A stretch of DNA of 64,000 nt, from positions 45,198,001 through 45,262,000 of the forward strand of contig NC_059437.1 in the NCBI RefSeq assembly GCF_021028975.2, given 5' to 3'. Both the position numbers and the translations under genes were made by a program. The notes beneath the pieces were generated by a model. The model saw only the letters and a program-made list of their open reading frames with translations. It did no database searches and had not been told where the DNA came from. The DNA comes from Sphaerodactylus townsendi (Eukaryota). Of the stretch, positions 48,695-60,940 are shown piece after piece; position 1 is the first letter of the stretch; the number at the start of each line of letters is the position of its first letter.

Positions 48695-49534
48695 TAAGCA
48701 TGCTGCCCTATGAATTGGCCCTACAGAATGTAGTCGGACTTTCTTCTGAATTTACACCATTTAAAACCTTTTTACACCATTTTCACACCGCTGTTTTTGG
48801 CCCATGCGGAATCTGCCTAAGTCTTTTTAAAAAACCACAGCAAATGTTTATTTTTCTTATAACGGATGTGCCAAAAATACAAGAAGAGCACATTTTCCAC
48901 TGCTGTAGGATGTGGGCGATCAACAGTTTTCATGCAGAATCAATTGAAGTGGCTGTGAAAATGGATCTCTAAACATAGTTGCAAAACAGGAACGGTCAGC
49001 ATTTCACAGTCAAACTATTTCCTCTCTTCCCCAAAGAAAACCAACTTCGGAAAACCAACTCTAAATTATTCTCAGCCCCACCTATCTCACAAGGGGTCTG
49101 TTGTGGGGAGGGGAGGGGAAGCTCCCACCGTTGCTTTTAAAGGCCAAATTGCATCATGACATGAAGTCTAATCCTGTGACTTCATAACCTCCCACCAGCT
49201 CCAAAACATAAGTTATGTCTATTTTCTGGGCACCGAAGTCCAAAGGCTGCAATTAAAAATAACCTTCCTCCGCTGAGTGTAATTATGCTAGGATGGAGTA
49301 ATGGGTTTTAGAATCAATCCACTATTAAGCAAAACTTCCTACCTATGGGTAGCTGTATAGTAAAGAAACTAGGGATCTCTTGCAGAGAATCCTCAACATC
49401 TTCACGTTAGGACCAGCTTGCAGTGAGGGGAAACTACGGCAGCTGAACAGGTTTAAAACCTCCACAGGCATAACCGTTGCAAATAGTTGAATGAGAAAAA
49501 AATGTTGAGGTTCTCCCCTTTGCTGCCTGCTGTT

Positions 49535-49729
49535 GCAGGGGCTGATGGGATCTGTAGTCCATGAACATCTGGAGAGCCGCAGGTTGCAGACCCCTGTGCT
49601 AGCTGCAACCATCTCCACTGGAATCGCCAGGAAATGTCTGCATGCCCTGAGCTGCAATTCTTTCTTGTTTCTACTATTTGAAGCTGAGGCTGCAATTCTA
49701 TGGCCCCTTCTGCACATGCAGAGTAATGC
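49535..49729 (+). repeat. About 195-bp dispersed duplicate of 48386-48581
   Basis: Near-identical copy including the unique spacer caaccatctccactggaat...gctgcaattctat. Confidence 0.92.
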
Positions 49730-50904
49730 AGTTGCAGACACCTCTTCTTGCACAGCCGATAATTCCCTCAGGCTGGTCTACACTGACTGGTCTGCTTGCA
49801 GTTTATGGGGTCTCTCCTCAAGCTGCAGACATCAGGTATCTAGGGAATTCTTCGGGGAGGAAAAGTGAACCAGTCCAACCCATTTCTTCATTTTGGGAGG
49901 AATGTGATTGTCCTGGGAGTCCTCACTTTCATTGTTCCTTTGAAACCAGCTGGCAAGGGATTCACTTTTCCCTCTGTTTGTTTGTAACTCCAGCAAACAT
50001 TACCCGAAATCATTGTGATATGGCTTGTATGAAGCTGAACTTTAAGAGCTACCAGAGGAACTGCAGGCCACGCTCACTTAAAGTATGAGCAATACAGGTT
50101 GGTCTGCCAATCAGACTGTTTTCTCTTGGAACTGTCTGAGATGTCCCATCACCTTTGTTGGTGTGTTCACAAACACTGAAAAATGCACTTTCATTGTTCT
50201 TTGCAACTGGATTTTCATTTTGTGAAACAGCAAAATCTACTTGCAAACAATCGCTAAAGTGCATTGAAAAGTGTACTATTCAGCATCTATGAAAACACCA
50301 TTATTGGAGAATCCCGCCTTTCCCCTGTTCATCCAGACGTTTTGCTGAATTGTGAGTAAGCATTTTTATTTCATTTCAGAAGCATTCCCTATAGTACCTG
50401 TTCTGTTTCTGTAGGTGATCTTTTTAAAAAAAATCCCCTTCTTGTCAAAATAAATGTCAATGTGGCATTGATATTCTAGCATGAATTTAAATATAGTTGT
50501 TTTAAGGCTGAAAGGATTATTGGGTTAAACTCTGCAATTAGTCACTCAGCACCTCAAACTTACTAAATGTATCTTTTTAACCAGAGAATGCCTTGAAGAG
50601 GTTTTTTTCCCCTCTCATCTTGATAATTAATCACTTGTCAGGAGAAACACAAGTTGTACACATTTCTTTTTCTTTTTTATTCCCAATTACAGATATTCAT
50701 GTTAAAGTTTATATCAAAACATTGTACATAGAGTTAACAACAACACCAATTCAATTAGCATTTACAAAGTACTTTCAGTTTTTAGAGCCCTTCGTTGTCC
50801 TTTTATTATAGATGAAGGAAAGAAAAAGCGACTTGCCAGGCAGAGATGAGAGTTGTCAGAGCCACATATGTATCCCACCAAGGAGTTCAGGGAGACGTAC
50901 AACA

Positions 50905-51375
50905 AATCCAAATCCAAAACCTTTATTAGGCATAAAACCGGTGTGTGTCAAGAATTTCAAATACAATAAGAAGATCATTATTGCGCAACTTGCAGTACAC
51001 AGAGTAAAAATATAGCAACAGCTTCAGAGATTTCAACATTAGAGTTATTTAGAAGCTTAGCCATTTTTATTTTATCAGAAAGGAGCATAAATCCTGTTGG
51101 TAATACAGTTCTCAAATCAGTTCTGATGTTGTTGTATTTTGAACAATGAAGCAGAATGTGAGAAAGTGTATCAGTTGTATCAGGACAAAATCGACAGCAA
51201 CGCTCATTTTGTGGAATACTAGAGAAGCGACCTTGAAGATGTACTGACGGAAAAGAGTTACACCTTGCTCTAGTCATGACCCATCTGCAATTGTAATTAA
51301 CAAGTTGTTCCAGGTATATAGCAGGGCTAGATTTCTGAGGGATAATCCCAAAGAATATTGGAGACGTACACATTT
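50905..51375 (-). mobile_element. Non-LTR retrotransposon 3' fragment (RTE-X-like)
   Basis: ORF 50978-51373 with C-terminal CCHC knuckle (ERCCRFC...HILLHC), then AATAAA and a (GGATTT)n tail on the minus strand. Confidence 0.75.
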
Positions 51376-51448
51376 CTCCACTTTATTGTTACAGATAATC
51401 TGTGAAGTGGGTTAAGTTGATGAAGAGTGACTGGCACAAAGTCACTTG

Positions 51449-51585
51449 GGCCCCTTCTGCACATGCTGAATAATGCACTTTCAATCCACTTGCACAAGTT
51501 TGCAAGAGGAATTTTGCTATTTCACACAGTAAAATCCATCTGCAAAGTGGATTGAAAGCGCATTATTCTGCATGTGCGGATGGCC
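51449..51585. mobile_element. MITE family A (diverged)
   Basis: TIR match. Confidence 0.75.
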
Positions 51586-51739
51586 TCGTTGGACTTTAAG
51601 TCTGACTGGAGATTTGAATTGCGGCCTTCTAAGTCCTAGTCCATGTGTTACACTGTGCTGGTTCCACATGAAAATTCTGGTTGGTTTAACTTGCTTTCCT
51701 TGAGAAATGAGATGGCAGATCTTGTTTATGGGTCCTGTT

Positions 51740-51910
51740 CAGTGGTGGGATTCAGCCGGTTCGCACCACTTCGGCAGAACCGGTTGTTAGAATGGTGCTT
51801 GTAAACAACCAGTTGTTAAATTATTTGAATCCCACCACCAGAACCGGTTGTTAAATTATTTGAATCCCACCACCGGAACCAGTTGTTACATTATTTGAAT
51901 CCCGCCGCTG
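51740..51910. mobile_element. hAT-type non-autonomous element with tandemly tripled right end
   Basis: TIR CAGTGGTGGGATTCA / TGAATCCCGCCGCTG; 7/8 TSD GTCCTGTT/GTCCTGTA; three 35-bp units. Confidence 0.8.
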
Positions 51911-52358
51911 GTCCTGTAATAAAATATCCATAAATGAACCATAAATATTCTAAAATAGGAACACTGGGACAGTAAAATAAGCTGCAACTTTAAAAGAATA
52001 ATCAGCCAGGTAGCATTTTAAAAATTTAAAACCAGTTAGCCACAAAGAAGTAAAATAGATTTAAAAGCTGGCCAATAGACTACCAAGACAAAACACAGTC
52101 AGCATGATAATGGTATGAAAGCAAGGCCAATATCAAAACCATACATAAACCATTCCATAAAAGAGATTTTACTGAAATCTGTAAAAACAAAGCATACGGA
52201 TCCCATATATAGTTGTAAGCTTGGCAGGGGTGCAAAAGCAGGATAATAGAAGCAAAAGGATTTCCCACACTTTGCTGTAAGGAAAAGTTTTCCACGTAGG
52301 AAAATCAAAGCATGCTCCAAATTCTTGCGTTTGCCATGTATTACACGTGACCCAAATG

Positions 52359-53102
52359 CAGGGCCGGATTAAGACCTTTAGAGACCCAAAACACTGAAAA
52401 GATTTTGGTACCCCCATATACTGTACAAGTAATACAAAATATAAGTCATTTTATATATATTTTATATATTATATGCCCCCACTTTATTCTCCTGTGTTCG
52501 GGATCCCTTTACCATCTATGGGACCCTTTCCCCCCCTTTGGGAGGGCTTTTAAATAAGGGTTTTATTGCTGATGCTGTTTTTTATATTGATCGCTGTGTT
52601 ATTTTAATGGGCTTTTAATTGTATATGCTGTATATTTATGTTGTTCACCGCCCAGAGCCCTTTGGGGGTAGGAAGGTATATAAAACTCAATAATATATAT
52701 ATTCTGATGAATAGATTTAATTATTTATACGAAACCAAACACCTATTATTCCATTCCTTCCTGCTTTGAAGATACATAGCATTTTAACCAGTGTGATCCC
52801 ACCTTTACTTATAATGTTGGCACGTGTGTTGTGGCGACTGAGCACCATTTGGCTGCTTCATTCACAAGTCATGCTTGACAAGTACTGAACATGTTCTAAA
52901 GTGAGCTGAGGTTGCTCTGCCTCTGAGGACCATGTGGCAGTGGTCAGATTCCAGTTTTGTTGTATTCCCAAGATTAAAATATATTAACCTTTTCAATACT
53001 AGAATTATATTAATTTTTTTCCCATTTATCGTGGGGCCCCTGTTTTATGGACCCTGGTTCAGCTGCAACATTGCACCGGGATGCATTCTAAATCCGGCAC
53101 TG
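52359..53102. mobile_element. Possible old hAT-like non-autonomous element with a nested LINE 3' end (about 52480-52690)
   Basis: CAGGGCCGGATTA ... AAATCCGGCACTG inverted ends; no TSD recognised. Confidence 0.4.
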
Positions 53103-54930
53103 GGGGAGAAAAAACTCCACAGGGCCCTCTTTACTGGAGGCCCCCAAGCACATGCTTATTTTGCTTAACGGTTAATCCAGGGCTGCCCAAATGCTGCATT
53201 GTTGCAGCAGAATTACAGTCTGATATGTTGACTTCTCTTTTATCATAAAGCTCCCATGCCTGCACATTTATGCCTGAAAGTTCCACTGAACTATGGGACA
53301 AATTTGGACTGCAAATGCAACAGTTGGACGACATTTGACAGTCTGCTTTCAGCGATAGCATCTTGTTTTAAGAAGCCAGAGCTCTCAACGGCTAAATGCA
53401 AAACGAAAGATCTGTAAATTTTCAGATTTAGCCGTATGTAATAAGGGGGAGGAGTGAGTCACAATGGTTGTTTTGAGTTTTGACAGCCTCTGAAACGGCT
53501 CCTTCTCCCCGTGAGCAGGGCGCTGTTCCTTTAAGAGACTCCCCAGGCCTTCGCAGACTGGCATTCATCTGATGGTCGGGGACAGCTGCTCCTTCTCTCC
53601 TGCTTTCTATCAGTTTGACCTCTAAGGCTGGAACTGTCACTGAGGGGCTTAAAGTTTGTTTTTCAACCCATTCCGGAAACTCACAATCTCATACTTTATC
53701 CGTGGATTTGCTTAAATATAGAAAAATGCCCTGTCTCTCTCTCCCTGGTGAATGAAATAAATACATGGCTGCTCCGTGGTGGCGGCAGGGGAGGAGAATC
53801 GTGTAATGTGGCGTCCGCTTACAAGTGCATTCACAGCAGACGGCTTAGGAACTGCCTTTCTCCGGTACCGTGAATTAGTGTTACACACAGAATACAATTC
53901 TGCTTTGGGGAAGAGAGGAAAACCACATGGTTGAATTCCGAGGCAAAATAGGAGCTCTCCCCATGTCCTCCCAATGCCTTTGAAGGGGAGCTGGGTTCGC
54001 AAAGAGCAGCCCTGTTGGCTGCGAGCACAAAAACAAAACAAAACATAAAATGACATCAGTCCCAGGACAGATCTTTTGGCTGACATGTCGTATCTTGCTA
54101 TTTAGGAATGATTTCAGATTTCCAGTTCTGACTGTTCACTGTTGGGTCCCGAAAAAACGTGCATTTCAGTTTTGTTTCTCCCTCGTGCACACTGTGAACG
54201 TTGCGATGATTTCGTGCCGTTTCTTCTTCCTCGCACTGAAACGTGGATGGGTTCCACTGTTTTCAACAGTGTTTTTGCATCCATCGATGAGTGCGATCCA
54301 TTATACATAAAGTAGATGCATAAATGCCATACATTGTGTCTGCTCGTTGAACATAAAGCTACATAGCCTGTGCTCCCATGCAAAGGAATCTGCAGAAACA
54401 ACAGTGAAATGCACACAACTGAAACTATTGACAGAAATGTAAACAGATATAGGAAATGAAGAACACGGAGAAGCACTTGCTCATGTGAGGACTGGGGATT
54501 ATCTGTGGGAGATCTCTATGTTCCCCACCTCGTACAGTTCCTAGGATTCCTTACAGGAAAGTCGTTTAAATGAGTTTTGGTGTATCGTGTCCACATGACC
54601 TTAGGGAGAAGGTTGTAGCTCAAATGACAGAGCACATGCCATGCTGACATAGAGACCTCTATGTATCTTTACTCTCCCTCCCACACATACACATACTAGC
54701 AACTTTGGAAACAAGCTCTCGGGTTTGTTGACCTCAGGTAGCCATTAGTGTACCTCATTAGTGCGTTTCACCACCCTGGTGAAAGAAAGTGGGTACGGAT
54801 TAGTGCGGAGGACCAGTGCCAAAGGGGCACTTCTCACCTTCTGCTTCAAATCCATGAAGAGAGACAGTACCAGTCATAAATTGGCTGCTTATACAGTCAG
54901 CTCCTACTGAGTTCTCCGCTGTCAGCTATT

Positions 54931-55301
54931 GAGAGACAGTGTGGTGTAGTGGTTAAGAGCAGTGGACTAATCTGGAGAACCAGCTTTGATTCCGCACTCC
55001 TCCACATGAGCAGCAGACTCTGATCTGGTGAACCCAGTTCAATTCCTCACTCCAACATGTGAAATCGACTGGGCGACCTTGGGCTAATTCTGTTCAAACT
55101 CTCTCAGCCCCACCTACCTGTCAAGTTTCTGTTGTGGGGAAGGTGATTGTAAGCAGCTCTGTTAAAAGTAGAGGCTGGTTCCACATGGGCCAAAAACAGT
55201 GGTGTGAAAATGGTGTGAAAACGGTATAAACTGTGTTACACTGCTTTAAACCCTTTTACACCATTTTCACACCACTGTTTTTGGCCCAGGCGGAATGAGC
55301 C
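54931..55301 (+). mobile_element. Squam3-like SINE followed by MITE family B (55173-55301, AGA TSD)
   Basis: SINE head and body match; MITE TIRs. Confidence 0.78.
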
Positions 55302-56206
55302 AGAGAAAAGCAGGATATGAAAGCTAACTTTTCTTCAACATAGAGGTTGGAAAGAGGGAGACAAGGAGGAGACAGGTACCCTTGACACCCTGCCTCAGCT
55401 GACAGCTGACACCCTTGACACCCTGTCACTGAGAATCCCCTCCCCAAGCCCCTTTCTATTTGGTACAGAATGCCGTTGCAAGAATTTTGACTGGACTGTG
55501 TAATAGGGCATTATCAGGCCAACCTTGTTCCATTGAGACTGGCTTCCAATTTGCTTCTGGGACCAATCTGAGGAACTGATGTTGACCTTTATAGCCCTAC
55601 ACAACCTGGGACCAGCATCCCTTAATAACTGCCTACTCTCACATGAAACTAACTGAAAATCACCGTCATCTTTGAGCCTTGCTTTAGGTCTCCCAGTCAA
55701 CTGAGTCAGGATGGGTTCCAACCCCAGAAAGGGCCTTCTTGGTTGTGCCCCCAAAGTAATAGAACTTTTCCCCCAGGGAGACTCGTCTGCCTCCCTTTAT
55801 CGTTATTTTCCGCTAGTGGTCGAAGTCCTTTTTGTTTCATTTGGCGTTCCCTTGTTTACCCTCCTTATTTATTTAATGTATACCCCTCCCTCCTCCTCGT
55901 TTGTGTTTTTCGTTGTTGCTTTATAAACATCTATGTATTATTTTAAAAGTTGGATTTAATATTTTCAATTGTCTGCTGCCTTGAAAATCCAAATTGAACG
56001 TAAAGGCAGTATTAAAATGTTCTAAATTTTTCTTTTAAAGTGTTGGTCTTTTTTGCTCAGCTTTCCAGATAAATTCATACAGAAAGACAGAGTGGTATAA
56101 TTAATGGCTGGTTGAGCTTGGGCTGGGGGCAGGGGCTGAGTGCACAGTGCTGGCTTCGTATTTATTTAAGGACTTCTTCCTCTCCTTTCCCATTGTCCCT
56201 GGCTGA

Positions 56207-56317
<111 letters not shown>

Positions 56318-56670
56318 TAAGGCTGGCCTTTTTCCCCTTCCACTGCTAAAGTCTTGGTTGAGAACAGCTCAAGTTATGTCCTTACAACCCAAATATGATC
56401 ACACTTTCTGGCCGCCCTGTAATTCAGTGCTATAATTGATATACACGTCGATACATACAAATAAGGTTAGTTGGGCCCAGGAGCTTAAGAAGTTCAGTCG
56501 AAAGGAGCAATTTTCATACCACAGAATCCTACTGTATTTGCCAGAAATTATCAAAGCTCTTTGAATCAGAGACCAAAGGAAATTTGTACTGCCATATCCT
56601 AGCTAATCTGTCACTGTAGCCTTCACTGTTTCAAACAGCTGCACGGCTTACCTTTTCAAAGGACTTTCAT

Positions 56671-56811
56671 GGCTCATTCCGCACATGCAGAATAATGCAC
56701 TTTCAAACTGCTTTCAGTGCTCTTTGAAGCTGTGCGGAATGGCAAAATCCACTTGCAAACAGTTGTGAAAGTGGTTTGAAAACGCATTATTTTGCGTGTG
56801 TGGAAGGGGCC
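56671..56811. mobile_element. MITE family A, young subfamily
   Basis: 141 bp, CAT TSD. Confidence 0.88.
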
Positions 56812-56930
56812 CATGTTGCCATTCTACATCTGGTTGTTTTTGGACTATACAACAGTGAAACTGGACCCAAGGGCAGAACCAGACTTCAGCTTCCATTGAA
56901 AGAGGAAACCTGAATTTACTTCTAGTCTTG

Positions 56931-57426
56931 GGCCGTTTCCGCACGAATGCGGAAGCAGCCAGGTCGGCGTTTCCGACGCCGACCCGACGACGCTGGGACT
57001 GTCCGCACGGACGGTCCTGGAAAGAGCCGGGCAGCCGGCGCTGCAGAACGCCGGCGCCCGGCATGTCCCGGGGCCTCCGGCGCGTCGCCAAGGCATGGGG
57101 ACACGCCCCCCTGGCCCTGCGCGCCTGCTCCAGCGGCACAGGCCAGGGGGGCGTGTCCCCAGGCCTCGGCGACACGCCGGAGGCCCGGGGACAAGATAAG
57201 TGCCGGGTGGGGGAGGTGTCTCGAAGCTGCTGCCGTTCGCTCGGCAGCTGCTTCGAGGCGGCGTTTCCCCAACAAGAGCGCTTCCGAGCGCTCTGGGGAA
57301 ACGCCGGCTTCGCGGCGCGAGGGCGGCGTGGCTGCGATGCAGCTGCGCCACCTGTGCGAATGGCGGCCTGGAGACTGCGTTTTTGCCGTCTCCAGGCCAC
57401 CATTAAATGCCCGTGTGGAAACTGCC
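56931..57426. mobile_element. GC/CpG-rich PIF/Harbinger-type non-autonomous element (496 bp)
   Basis: TIR GGCCGTTTCCGCACG / CGTGTGGAAACTGCC (13/15), TTG TSD, sharp compositional boundaries, internal hairpin 57064-57193. Confidence 0.8.
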
Positions 57427-58830
57427 TTGGTTTCTTGATGTTTCAGAACAACCAGGAATGAGGTTTTGGACAAAGCTTTCAGTCCATGAGAGATGGGGTG
57501 CTGGATTCCTTGTTTTCCTCTTCTATTACTCTGTTTGCACATATCTCTCAGACCATCTCCTCCCTTTCCAGTTCACACTGGCTCTGTTTCAGTTAGGAAA
57601 AAGGACCTTGTGAATCAAGCAAAATCATGGGAATGTGTTGATTTGCTTGGTTGATCTGGAGTGCAAAATGTCACATGTGTTCAGTCCAGGTTTTAGAGTT
57701 TGGTTTCAAAGAACTGGGGCTGAGAGGATGCACAGGCCTTGTATTGTCCTTCCAGGAGGAGACCAGCTCAGGGAGAAATCTGCTGCCTTCATGACTTGTT
57801 TTTGGAGTTCCTGGAGAGATATGTATAGCCACTGGTGGAAACAGGATACTTCTATGTTCTTTACGCCACAAACTATGTTGTTGGAAAAGTAGTTAATTGG
57901 GAAAGTGAGTTATTTTCAGTGTGGGAAAACAACAGAGTGTTCTTGCTGCCGGGAATCCCTGTTCCATGAATCCCATTAGCAGTTTCCAATGAATGTCTAT
58001 CCAAAGAACAACCACACACAGAATGCAGGGATAAGAAATGAATTGTCAGAACAGCGTGAGACTTAAGATCATATATCAAGGCTTGAAGTAGTCAGTACTG
58101 GGATGAAGTCACATTTCTCAAGCTTACAGAGAGATTAGCTTCAGCCTACCATAGAGTTTCCAGCAGTCCCCAGGGATGTTTCCCCTGGAAGTGATGTCAT
58201 GCCATTGGCCAAACAGCCCTGCTTCCAGGCTCCTCGAGCTCAGTGTTTTCCTTTCTTAAGCCTTCCGTAGTCTGTAAGGATGTATACATATGCCATCTTT
58301 CACGTCTTTATATGTTGCCATTGCACCTATCTTTCATTGCTGGAGTTCCTGGTTTGTTTTTTTGTACACTATTTTTATGCCATTTTACACCATTTTTATT
58401 CTACTGGTGTGCACGAAACCAGCTGTACAATACCAGCCAGTTGTACAACATCAGCCGTACTTTTTGATGGCAATAACAATTCTGTCCAATTTTATTAGTA
58501 TGGTTGGTTTGGGGGAAAATATGCCTACAGTTTCATTCCAGTGCCAGAACTTGGGGTTTTATGATAACATTTATATCCATCTTTCCTCATGGCTCAAGGC
58601 TGCATAACAGTATCAGTTAAAAACATTTCCAGTTAAAATCAAAAATAAAATGGGAAATCCCATGTCTCCCCCGACCCTTAAAAGATGCCTGCCATTCAAA
58701 CCCTCTCAAAAACTCCAGTAGACAGGTTTGCCCTAGTCATATTCAGTGAGAGTATATTCTCAAACTTTAGCAATTACCCTAAGTTAGTTCTCTTTAATTT
58801 ATTGTTACTGTTCTGTTCCCCTTGTGTCAG

Positions 58831-58931
58831 GCCCAGAAATCACCGACCTGGGGCTCTGCCTCTCATGAGTGCTTTCGCTAGGTCCAGAAATCCGGTATCT
58901 TCCCCAGTGCATCAGAATGGAAACGAGAAAG
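58831..58931 (+). CDS. TBX1: TBX1 post-T-box exon ([33 protein letters not shown]); gene continues beyond the window
   Basis: Acceptor cttgtgtcag, 101 nt, donor GTGAGT; peptide is characteristic of TBX1. No terminal exon recognised in 58932-64000. Confidence 0.96.
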
Positions 58932-59414
58932 GTGAGTTTCTGTGATACAGACAGGTAATATATTGTATTCCCTGCAGCAATCTGGGACAGTACTTAGAAT
59001 CAGGAACATCGTAACAACCCTGTGGTAAGGATTCTGCCCTGCAAGTCTTGTAAGAGTGCACTTGGCTCTACGCTCGGCAATGCAAATAAATTTAAAATGA
59101 ACTGTGATTAACAGGAAGAATCACAAACTAGTCAAGGCACAATGCTTGGGACATTTGCCAGTCAGGCTTTATAGACTTCCAGGAAAAAACCATCTCATTG
59201 TCAAGGAGAAAGTGTCAGCATGTTCACAGAGCCTTGGAAACTGGGATTTTTTGGTCTTTATTAGAAGATCTGGTTCTTGTTCTCGACGGCTCCTATGTAT
59301 ATGTTTGCAGCTGCTTCTTGATCACTTATCTGCTGATATAGCTGGACTTAGCATAGGATGTTTATCCCAGTTAACCAAGGGGGCTAAAAGCCTGTTTGAG
59401 TGTTTTCAATCTAA

Positions 59415-59710
59415 GAGTCAGTGTAGTGTAGTGGTTAACAGCAGGTAGATTCTAATCTGGAGAACCATGTTTGATTCCCCACTCCTCCACCTGAGTGGCA
59501 GAGGCTTATCTGGTGAACAGATGTGTTTCTGCACTCCTACATTCCTGCTGGGTGATTTTGGGCTAGTCACAGTTCTTTGGAACTCTCTCAGCCCCATCTA
59601 CCTCACAAGGTGTCTGTTGTGGGAAGGGAAAAGAGCTTGTAAGCCACCTTGAGTCTCCTTACAGGAGAGAAAGGTGGGATATAAATCCAAAACTCCTCCT
59701 CCTCCTTCTT
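59415..59710 (+). mobile_element. Squam3-like SINE, full length
   Basis: Head, body and (CCT)n tail. Confidence 0.8.
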
Positions 59711-60083
59711 CAACAGATTTCGATAAGCAAAGTGGCTGAACCAAGTGTACCAATTCCTTCTGCTCCAAGGGAGTTTTAAACATATATGAACTTGCACATG
59801 GAATCCCCTTGTGTCCTGAGGCATTATTTGTCCAAGGGCAAAGCAGCGCTTGGTTGTGGAAGTAAAGAGTTGTGTCTTTTGCTTCCACAGGCAGATGTTG
59901 ATCATTTCTCTGGACACATATATGCTTGCAGGTCCAGAGAAAAATTAAAAAGTACTTGACAAAGTAGCTTTGTTGCAGCTAAGGAGGACCGAGTCTGGCT
60001 AGTGAGTGATGGCAAAGACCTCCTATAGGTACCCTATGGCACTCATGTTGGAAGAAAGGAGACTGGAATGAAAACATTATAAG

Positions 60084-60335
60084 TAGGGTTGCCAACCTCC
60101 AGATAGTGGCTGGAAATCTCCTGGGATTACAACTGATCTCCAGGCAACAGAGGCCGGTTCATCTGGGGAGAATGGCTGCCTTAGCAACATGAACTCTATG
60201 GCATTATAGCCCATAGAAATCCCAAATTCCACCCTCCTCAGATTTCACCACAAAAATCTCCAGGTAAACAATCATCGAATCATAGAGTTGGAAAATACCC
60301 CAAGGGCCATCAAGTCCAACCCCCTGCAATGCAGG
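60084..60335. mobile_element. Old DNA-transposon fragment (TAGGGTTGCCA end, hAT-Blackjack-like) plus CR1 3' tip (60275-60335)
   Basis: tagggttgccaacctccag; related opposite-orientation fragment at 61995-62186. Confidence 0.5.
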
Positions 60336-60751
60336 AAGTAATTTTAAACTTATTTGCTAGGAATAAGTAATACACAGACTGCCGCTGCTGCAGAGGTTCT
60401 CTGGGTTCGCAAATGAACTGCACAGACAGAAGCATTGTGTAATGTCACAGTGGAACCACAAATATGCCAGATAATGCAGCTTGCTTAGCCCAGAGTCTGT
60501 GGTTCTCCAAAGCACTACCTGTGATTACGTTGCGTGTCCTTGTGTGCCATCCTTGGACCTGCCCTGAGAGTAATAAATCATTGGGATGCAACTACTACTG
60601 GGAAATTACAGTGTTCAGTTGATTTCAGCGGATATGCTTCCAACTGAAACACGTTAGGAAGTATGCCTACACTGTGTCTAATCTAGACTTTTTGCAGAAT
60701 GCTGTGTTATCAATATGAGGTGGTAGAATGGGCTATAGTTCGACCTAGATT

Positions 60752-60940
60752 TCCCAGGCTAGCCCAATTTCACCAGATTTCAGAAGCTAAGCAAGTTCGG
60801 CCCTGGTTAGTATTTGGATGGGAGACCACAAACGATACAGAGGCAGGCAATGACAAAATACCTCCAAATGTCTCTTGCCTTGAAAACCTTATGGGGTTGC
60901 CATAAGTCAGTTACTACTTGATGGCAGTTTCACCACCACT
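60752..60940 (+). mobile_element. 5S rRNA-derived SINE (5S-Sauria-like)
   Basis: cagaagctaagcaagttcggccctggttagtatttggatgggagacc (5S internal promoter region) plus tcttgccttgaaaacc...cataagtcag tail. Confidence 0.78.

Noticed and set aside
51805-51910. CRISPR-like 35-bp repeats
   Set aside because: Directly tandem with no spacers, inside a transposon, in a eukaryotic genome.
56714-57542. Overlapping 160-230 aa ORFs on both strands
   Set aside because: A by-product of the GC-rich palindromic non-autonomous element; no transposase motifs.
60752-60830. 5S rRNA gene (and tRNA genes at SINE heads such as 43666 and 59415)
   Set aside because: Diverged, incomplete and fused to SINE bodies and tails; these are retroposon heads, not functional RNA genes.
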